From: a virus
Taxonomy: Duplodnaviria > Caudoviricetes
Strand: one strand, 5' to 3'
Virus record (IMG/VR): IMGVR_UViG_3300043932_000099
Span: 1 to 32,438 of that record
Length of the DNA stretch: 32,438 nt
A program made the position numbers and the translations under genes. The notes under the pieces are model-generated. The model was not told where the DNA came from. It worked only from the letters and a program-made list of their open reading frames with translations, and made no database searches. Shown here piece by piece: positions 27,601 to 32,438 of this stretch; the first letter of the stretch is position 1, and each line of letters opens with the position of its first letter.

Positions 27601-29752
27601 TACTCCTAATGGTTCTTTTTGTTTGCAATTGACTGCTACTGTAAATGGTTCTGAAAAAGTTCTCCAAAGTGATTCGGTAGCTCTTACTTATTCTTGGAAG
27701 ACGCATACTATGCGTTTTACATTAGTGCAAAATTCTACGATTTCAAATATTAGGTTATATAACAATAGCAATAATGGCTTACCAGGTGGATCAATATATT
27801 TTGCTAACTTGAAACTTGAATCAGGCTCACTTGCTACAACGTGGTGCCCAGCTCCCGAAGATTACGCAACACAAACTTCATTTTCAGAATTAAGTCAAAC
27901 TGTAAAAGGATTGCAATCTACAGTTTCGAATAACTTAACAAATCTACAATCGCAGATAAGTCAGACAGCTGGAACTATAAGAACGGAAGTAACTAATAGA
28001 ACTAATAATTTACAAAGCCAAATCACTCAAAATGCAAATAATTTTAACATTAATTTGCAAAATTCAATTGGTGGTGGGAAAAATTTGGCTCGTGGTACTA
28101 GTGATATATGGGGAGATTCAGGTTGGAATAACTTTAATGGAGCAAGCAATCAAACAAAAATAATCACTCAAGTTTATTTCACAGATCTACATGTTGGAGA
28201 TTGGATTACTGGATATGTTGCTTATCAATACCAGGGATTATCCGGCAATAATATGCATATTTATCTTCAAGGCTTTGGTAATAAAACGGTATGGAATGGT
28301 AGCCAATTTGGACCAGATAACCAACGAATTACAGCATCAAATAATGTTCAATTTGGTGAATTTAAATTTAGTTTTAAGTTAACTGAAGATATGGTCTACA
28401 CTTGGAAAAATAATTATTATAATGTTCAACTTCGGGTAAATAATGCAAAAGGTGGATGGTTACAATGGCATAATGTTAAATTTGAAAAAGGGACAGTTGC
28501 TACGCCGTGGTCTCCATCACCAGAAGATAAAGTATCTAAAGACAAAATCCTTGCACAAATCAACATGTCCGCCGGCACTACATTAATTCAGAATGACAAA
28601 ATCTACATGGATGCTTCTTCTACTATTTTTTCAGGTAAAGCATTCATCCCTAACGCAGCAATCACTAACATTTCAGCAGACAAGATTAACACCGGTACAC
28701 TTGACGCAGGTAGGATTAACGTAATCAACTTAAATGCCAACAACATCACCACTGGTACTATTAATGGTGCTAATTTAAAAATCAACCTTAATAGTGGAGA
28801 TGTTAACTTTCAGCATGGACGTATCCATAATTGGAACAATACATTAGATATAAATATTGATCAAAATTATATTTCTACTGCAAATTGGGGTACGCGAGCA
28901 TTGTTAAAAGATGGAGAATTACAATTAACCCAGCCCAATATTTTTGATACCAATGGAAATTGGTTTTTCCGTATTTTTAATGGTGGAGGAACGGGAAATG
29001 CTTGGGCTGGTGCTAGTCTAATTGGACGAGATAGTGTAACAGTTTCAAATAAGGCTAATGCAGGAGGAGCGGCAGGTTTTGCTGCAAATCCAATCGGTAC
29101 TGCTGATTTTTCTGGTTTATTTACTGGTAAGGGAACCGGCAATTGGATGCCCACCGTAATAGGAGGTGCTAATCGTGGTATCTTCCTAAAAGGCGGGACG
29201 GATATGAGTACCATGCATGACATTATGGATCCAAATGATGGTGGAGTCGCTATAACTGGCTCGCCATATATAGCTATAGGTTCTAAAAGCGCTAATCCTA
29301 TTTGGTATGGAAATCGAATAATAATTGAGGGTGAATATGTTCATATTCCTACTGCTTGGCGTCATACAACAGGTGCAGGAGCGAATGTACATATAGCAAA
29401 TGATGGTGCTCTAGTGCGGTCAACATCAGCATCAAAATACAAAACCAATATTCAACGCAGCTATTCAACCGAATATGGCGATAAACTTTTAAACTTGCCT
29501 ACAGCCATCTGGACGGACAAAGGACAAAAAGAGAGATATGAAGCAGGTAAACGTCATATCAAACCTGAAAAATACTTTGGTATGATTGCAGAAGATTTGG
29601 CGGATGCAGGATTAGATCTTCTAGTTAGCCGAAATCCAAAAAACCATGAAATCGAAGGTATTCAGTATGAAAGAATAGCACCGGCACTTTTACCAGTAAT
29701 TAAGAAATTAAAAGATAAAGTAAATAGATTGGAGAAACAAATAAATGAATAA
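24626..29752 (+). CDS. Tal / tail fibre-receptor-binding fusion with a C-terminal intramolecular chaperone (Peptidase_S74-like)
   Basis: N-terminal prophage tail domain (RFEYGSNL, VTALVGRGKG), coiled coils, three CBM-like modules, I.A.KI..GT repeats, and C-terminal SASKYKTNI...GMIAEDL...IQYERI. Confidence 0.88.
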   Translation: MIFYLLNKGQQTVKLLNNDETIESNLDEAINTASELKFSLPLQKRLDSNIYYILIPEYHGNDFLMFKIISEDIQKDRVEYSAVESAYDELKSYEYIKDIRPHQMNAAQMLQQVLKNTRWSLGYVEDTGIQSTTFYYVTILEAIQKVVDLFKVELTFTIQLDPVTQKITGRRVNLYQQQGRRTGKRFEYGSNLLTVTREEDSQNLVTALVGRGKGVQVSGQDTEDTSDDGYGRRLTFADVEWKTSAGAPVNKPKGQEYVEDPKATAVYGFSDGHPRIGLVTFEDIEDPNQLINATWSALLEAKRPKVSFKAEVTDVGNLQLGDTIAIIRHDLGIEYFTRVYKVHHNLKDENRNTVEMGDDFSSRSITSAISNAIQISQDATMIANTAAIAANGKNRNFYSNTKPNWANEGDNLFLNLGNGETEMWVWHHGQWEFVQSTVELHTVQKEVKEAQDGLKDAKKEIADNLAKADSDIAELNESIAGQNSKIDGLSTSVNTVVISKVTDITNQVSDVVTKVNEQKNIVTELKNQATQQGKDISKITTDIHGVTVDLANLSGDVNQTKATVQGLQTTLGNAQGDIAQIKVDAKKLSTSLSGKVDNSTYANFVSATNNALNAKLVASDLNGYAKTIDVQATANGLQININSIADRMNNLKIGAENLLANTGDLKDYQTNNNGQIQDIAKSNYIPMILNHTELTHMGHVWSDWQSVYSDQEVILEKDKPYWFGFYVCTDKYNESPFGNINIFGVKKGNDLSHSKVFIGQNTEDYSYFGGAAKHWVWHTYKIMGDGETYSGLRVEGSKSKGGSAYVAGYTLVQSDVAPTGHISSLEDTKHELSQLSAQITANNQKFSSYYTKIETDSKANTAKNDAINSIKNDGNWHGLTNILTNSSFLQTSNGFTQKVQQTAQPMINSANSGGVNLLTNTYDFNGFSSEQKGRWNFEPKSNYSNNAGFALIKTMVAHIYGNSWNNSKLNFNQTIYLPAGTYTMSFLASVNNTPNGSFCLQLTATVNGSEKVLQSDSVALTYSWKTHTMRFTLVQNSTISNIRLYNNSNNGLPGGSIYFANLKLESGSLATTWCPAPEDYATQTSFSELSQTVKGLQSTVSNNLTNLQSQISQTAGTIRTEVTNRTNNLQSQITQNANNFNINLQNSIGGGKNLARGTSDIWGDSGWNNFNGASNQTKIITQVYFTDLHVGDWITGYVAYQYQGLSGNNMHIYLQGFGNKTVWNGSQFGPDNQRITASNNVQFGEFKFSFKLTEDMVYTWKNNYYNVQLRVNNAKGGWLQWHNVKFEKGTVATPWSPSPEDKVSKDKILAQINMSAGTTLIQNDKIYMDASSTIFSGKAFIPNAAITNISADKINTGTLDAGRINVINLNANNITTGTINGANLKINLNSGDVNFQHGRIHNWNNTLDINIDQNYISTANWGTRALLKDGELQLTQPNIFDTNGNWFFRIFNGGGTGNAWAGASLIGRDSVTVSNKANAGGAAGFAANPIGTADFSGLFTGKGTGNWMPTVIGGANRGIFLKGGTDMSTMHDIMDPNDGGVAITGSPYIAIGSKSANPIWYGNRIIIEGEYVHIPTAWRHTTGAGANVHIANDGALVRSTSASKYKTNIQRSYSTEYGDKLLNLPTAIWTDKGQKERYEAGKRHIKPEKYFGMIAEDLADAGLDLLVSRNPKNHEIEGIQYERIAPALLPVIKKLKDKVNRLEKQINE

Positions 29753-29903
29753 TGACAACGCAATTTCACAAAAATTAATTAATAAACTAGCAGTTAGTGA
29801 ATACAATAATGCAGTCTTAGAAGTAAAAGTTGATGAATTAACTCAAGAAGTAAACCAATTAAAGGCAGAAAAGGAGAATAATAAAGATGTTAAGAACAAG
29901 TAA
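29745..29903 (+). CDS. Small coiled-coil protein (52 aa, not in ORF track)
   Basis: MNNDNAISQKLINKLAVSEYNNAVLEVKVDELTQEVNQLKAEKENNKDVKNK*; GGAG RBS. Confidence 0.7.
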   Translation: MNNDNAISQKLINKLAVSEYNNAVLEVKVDELTQEVNQLKAEKENNKDVKNK

Positions 29904-30147
29904 ATCAATCGCAATTTCAGGTCGTTCAATAGTAGAAGATAAGCAAGTAGCTACTTTTAATGCAAATATTTATGAAACGAATGCTTCCGGTGGTAGCGAT
30001 AATATCAATATGATTATCACCGACAGAGACTTATACGATAAAAATAAATCTGCTGTACGAAAAGATTTACAAGATTTCCAGGCTAAAGTATGGTCTGCAC
30101 AAGATGAAGTTATGGCAGAAAGTGATGAGAAAGCAAGTGAATCATAA
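29887..30147 (+). CDS. Hypothetical protein downstream of the tail fibre
   Basis: 86 aa; AAGGAG RBS. Confidence 0.75.
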   Translation: MLRTSKSIAISGRSIVEDKQVATFNANIYETNASGGSDNINMIITDRDLYDKNKSAVRKDLQDFQAKVWSAQDEVMAESDEKASES

Positions 30148-30557
30148 TGAGCAAAGAAGTTGAGCAATTATGGGAAAATGTAAAACATAATCCACTTCAC
30201 TTAATTATTGGTTTGATGCTAGTTTTATCTGGTGGATTTCTCCTAATTTGTGATGATTTTTTCTTATGGCCACCTGAATGGACTAACTTTTTTAATAATG
30301 ACTTGATTGACGCTATTGCAATTGTGATAGGCGTCTTTTATTTTGCTTACGTTTTAGCCGGTGCTAAAAGTCCGCTAGCAAATATTTGTCTGCTAACTAC
30401 CAGCGCTTTTCTTTTGACCATTCTTATTGTTTTAGAAATTGGGTATGTATTAGCTTTTCAGAATTATTCATTATTAATGGCAGCTATTTATCAGTTTGGA
30501 ATTTTACTATTAGTTCAAGTATGTGCATCAAGATCGCCAGGGTTGAAAAGAAAGTAG
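30147..30557 (+). CDS. 4-TM membrane protein (lysis region)
   Basis: Four hydrophobic segments; TAATG coupling to the upstream gene. Confidence 0.75.
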   Translation: MSKEVEQLWENVKHNPLHLIIGLMLVLSGGFLLICDDFFLWPPEWTNFFNNDLIDAIAIVIGVFYFAYVLAGAKSPLANICLLTTSAFLLTILIVLEIGYVLAFQNYSLLMAAIYQFGILLLVQVCASRSPGLKRK

Positions 30558-30566
30558 GGATAGGAA

Positions 30567-30824
30567 GTGCAAGAATGGATTGATTTTGTTCAAAAGATCG
30601 CGCTTCTTATTTCTAGTGTTGTGGGATTATTAACAATTTTTAATACTTTAAAACAGACTGACTATTCGAATGCTAAGGAAAAGAAAGAAGAGCTAAAAGA
30701 AGATGTAGAGCTATATCGTAAAAGATGGCTTCAGGCAGAAGAAGCATATGACAAGCTTTTAAAAGACAATGAGCGGTTAAAGAGAAAACTCAATAAATTA
30801 GAAAGTGGGAAAGATAATGAATAA
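30567..30824 (+). CDS. 1-TM plus coiled-coil protein (lysis region)
   Basis: N-terminal hydrophobic helix followed by a charged heptad region; GTG start with RBS. Confidence 0.72.
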   Translation: MQEWIDFVQKIALLISSVVGLLTIFNTLKQTDYSNAKEKKEELKEDVELYRKRWLQAEEAYDKLLKDNERLKRKLNKLESGKDNE

Positions 30825-31164
30825 TATTTTAGTAAATGTGTCTGCTGTAGTTGTTGCATTGGCAGTATCATATTTTGTCTTTTGGTATAGAAACCATAAA
30901 ACTGAAATTGATAATAAACGAGCAAAGGGGGATGCTTTAGCTTTTGTAGTAGATACTTTAGGACAAGTTGCGACTAATACAGTTTATGATTTAAAAGATA
31001 GTTCAGAAAAAGGTACTGAGAAAAAGAAACAAGCAAAAGTTAAAATTAAGAATTTTTATACTGATGCTCATTTACCAGTACCTTCTGATGACCAACTCTC
31101 TGGTGCAATTGAGAAAGCAGTAACTATAATGAAGTTATCAGATGAAGGTGGAAATAATGAATAA
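30817..31164 (+). CDS. Holin, LL-H-like
   Basis: One N-terminal TM, then G.EKKKQA...LSGAIEKAV; immediately before the endolysin. Start set to ATG 30817. Confidence 0.78.
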   Translation: MNNILVNVSAVVVALAVSYFVFWYRNHKTEIDNKRAKGDALAFVVDTLGQVATNTVYDLKDSSEKGTEKKKQAKVKIKNFYTDAHLPVPSDDQLSGAIEKAVTIMKLSDEGGNNE

Positions 31165-32092
31165 AGTAGCAAAAAGAAATTACGGTGTAGATGTTTCAAG
31201 TCATAATAGTTCTGACCTAACTACTGCGGCTCAAGCAGGAGCAAAATTTGCACTTGTTAAAGTATCTGAAGGATTGGGTTATCGTAATCCTAAAGCTCAA
31301 GCCCAAATTAACAGTGCTAAACAAAACAATATGATGCCAATGGGTTATCACTATGCTAATTTTAGTAATAATAGTAATATAGCTTCACAAGAAGGAGATT
31401 ATGCTGTGAATTCAGCTCAACAAGCTGGTTTACCACAAGGTTCATATTTAGCAGCAGACTGGGAAACAGGGAGTGGTAATGTCACTAATAGAAATGCTGC
31501 TGACAATACTTCTGCAATTTTAACATTTATGAATGTGGTTGCTAGAGCAGGATATAAGCCACTTCTTTATTCAGGCAAATATCTTATGAGTAATAATATG
31601 AATGTAACTAAAATTACATCTGCTTATTCTAATAGCTTATGGGTAGCTGCTTATCCTATGGGAAATGGAGTACCGGTAAGTGAACCTAATTTTAATTATT
31701 TTCCTTCTATGAATGATGTAATTATTTGGCAATTTACAGATAATTGGAAAAATTTGAATGTTGATGGAAACATAAATTTATTAGAACTAGAAGATAATAC
31801 AGCTGTATCACAGCCAGTTACTACTCCTCAGAGTAATAACTGGGTCGACAATTTGGGAGATAAATGGATTAAAGAAAACGGGACATTTATTACTGATCGA
31901 CCAATCAATTTAAGAAAAGGCGCTAAGCTTACCAGTGATATTATTACTACATTACCAGCTGGTTCTGTAGTTAAATATAATGCCTACAGTAGACATGATG
32001 GATATGTTTGGATTAGACAGCCAAGAGTTAATGGGCAATATGGTTATATGGTCTGTCGTCAAGGTAATACCCCATGGGGTACATTTAAATAA
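31157..32092 (+). CDS. Endolysin: GH25 muramidase with an SH3_5 cell-wall-binding domain
   Basis: YGVDVSSHN, VKVSEG, GYHYA, ADWE, LWVAAY, WQFTD and C-terminal DGYVWI...PWGTFK. Confidence 0.93.
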   Translation: MNKVAKRNYGVDVSSHNSSDLTTAAQAGAKFALVKVSEGLGYRNPKAQAQINSAKQNNMMPMGYHYANFSNNSNIASQEGDYAVNSAQQAGLPQGSYLAADWETGSGNVTNRNAADNTSAILTFMNVVARAGYKPLLYSGKYLMSNNMNVTKITSAYSNSLWVAAYPMGNGVPVSEPNFNYFPSMNDVIIWQFTDNWKNLNVDGNINLLELEDNTAVSQPVTTPQSNNWVDNLGDKWIKENGTFITDRPINLRKGAKLTSDIITTLPAGSVVKYNAYSRHDGYVWIRQPRVNGQYGYMVCRQGNTPWGTFK

Positions 32093-32100
32093 AATATAAT

Positions 32101-32142
32101 AAGCCACTCTGGAGAATTAATTTTCTCTAGAGTGGCTTTTTT
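32101..32142 (+). terminator. Late operon terminator
   Basis: AAGCCACTCTGGAGAA / TTCTCTAGAGTGGCTT long stem followed by a T run. Confidence 0.85.
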
Positions 32143-32178
32143 ACTATGTAATAAAAGTTCCATATAATAGTAGAAAAA

Positions 32179-32233
32179 TGATATAATTTTTATTGCTGTT
32201 TCGCGGAGAGTAAGACGTGATACAGCTTTTTTT
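32179..32233 (+). ncRNA. Candidate ~40-nt hairpin sRNA with an extended -10 promoter
   Basis: TGATATAAT (32179-32187), then GCTGTTTCGCG-GAGAGTAAGA-CGTGATACAGC-T7. Confidence 0.45.
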
Positions 32234-32253
32234 GATACAAAATTGATACAAAA
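32232..32253. repeat. Tandem 11-bp direct repeat, likely integrase arm-type sites
   Basis: TTGATACAAAA twice, about 95 bp before the putative att core. Confidence 0.6.
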
Positions 32254-32345
32254 GAAATGTACAACCACTATTACACATGAACATAAAAGGCTATAGAACA
32301 ATGATTGTTGACATTTATATTCAACCTTAATCAGCAAAAATAAGA

Positions 32346-32359
32346 CCCCTCATCTCCAT
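32346..32359 (+). mobile_element. Putative attR core (duplicated tmRNA/tRNA 3' end)
   Basis: CCCCTCATCTCCA resembles the 3' T-stem/acceptor strand of ssrA (..TCTCCA). It is followed by a terminator and preceded by arm-type repeats. Confidence 0.5.
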
Positions 32360-32369
32360 AAATAGTTGG

Positions 32370-32408
32370 AAAAGCCACACTAGAGTAATTATCTGGTGTG
32401 GCTTTTTT
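32370..32408 (+). terminator. Intrinsic terminator, probably the host terminator of the interrupted RNA gene
   Basis: AAAAGCCACACTAGA-GTAATTA-TCTGGTGTGGCTTTTTT. Confidence 0.8.
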
Positions 32409-32438
32409 AGTATTAATGTGATAAACGATTGACAAGTG

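Larger units (their letters stand above)
1..32359. mobile_element. Temperate siphovirus prophage (integrase end lies outside the window)
   Basis: Canonical module order from repressor to lysin to att. Confidence 0.95.

Noticed and set aside
24626-29752. Diversity-generating retroelement or invertible shufflon acting on the tail fibre
   Set aside because: No reverse transcriptase or invertase gene, no TR/VR pair differing at adenines, and no inverted cassettes seen in the window.
2669-32337. Minus-strand and nested ORFs from the track (e.g. 2669-2983, 7081-7311, 14434-15073, 20668-23221, 28867-29392, 11384-11569, 32059-32337)
   Set aside because: Shadows of well-supported plus-strand genes or overlapping terminator/att sequence; no convincing RBS or recognisable motifs.
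32101-32408. Similarity of the two end terminators (AAGCCAC...GTGGCTT) as att repeats or IS ends
   Set aside because: Each is a self-contained hairpin with a U-tract; no transposase or target duplication.

Overview
Most of a low-GC temperate siphophage prophage of the Lactobacillus type (host inferred from composition and gene content, not proven). It runs from the 5' part of the cI-like repressor (minus strand, cut by the window edge) through: a cro/excisionase switch; an Sfi21-like replication module (Gp157, SF2 helicase, Sak4-like ATPase, DUF669, primase-polymerase, VirE-type helicase, putative origin); small early genes, VRR-NUC and an ArpU-type late activator; an SPP1-like packaging/head module (TerS, PBSX TerL, portal, MuF, DUF4355 scaffold, capsid); a TP901-1-like tail with a 1708-aa Tal/RBP fusion; the lysis cassette; and a probable attR resembling a tmRNA 3' end. 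Most notable: (1) a ~56-nt tRNA-shaped element with acceptor, D and T arms but no anticodon arm, inside a structured, terminator-bounded leader just after the late promoter; (2) a MuF minor head protein carrying an R-S-E ADP-ribosyltransferase domain, with a candidate immunity gene and slippery sites at the domain junction; (3) a 1-nt insertion separating the helicase from its Walker A motif; (4) a predicted ~40-nt promoter-hairpin-terminator sRNA at the attR end; (5) an unannotated membrane microprotein between terS and terL, flanked by a duplicated junction. All family assignments come from motif recognition by eye; no database searches were run.
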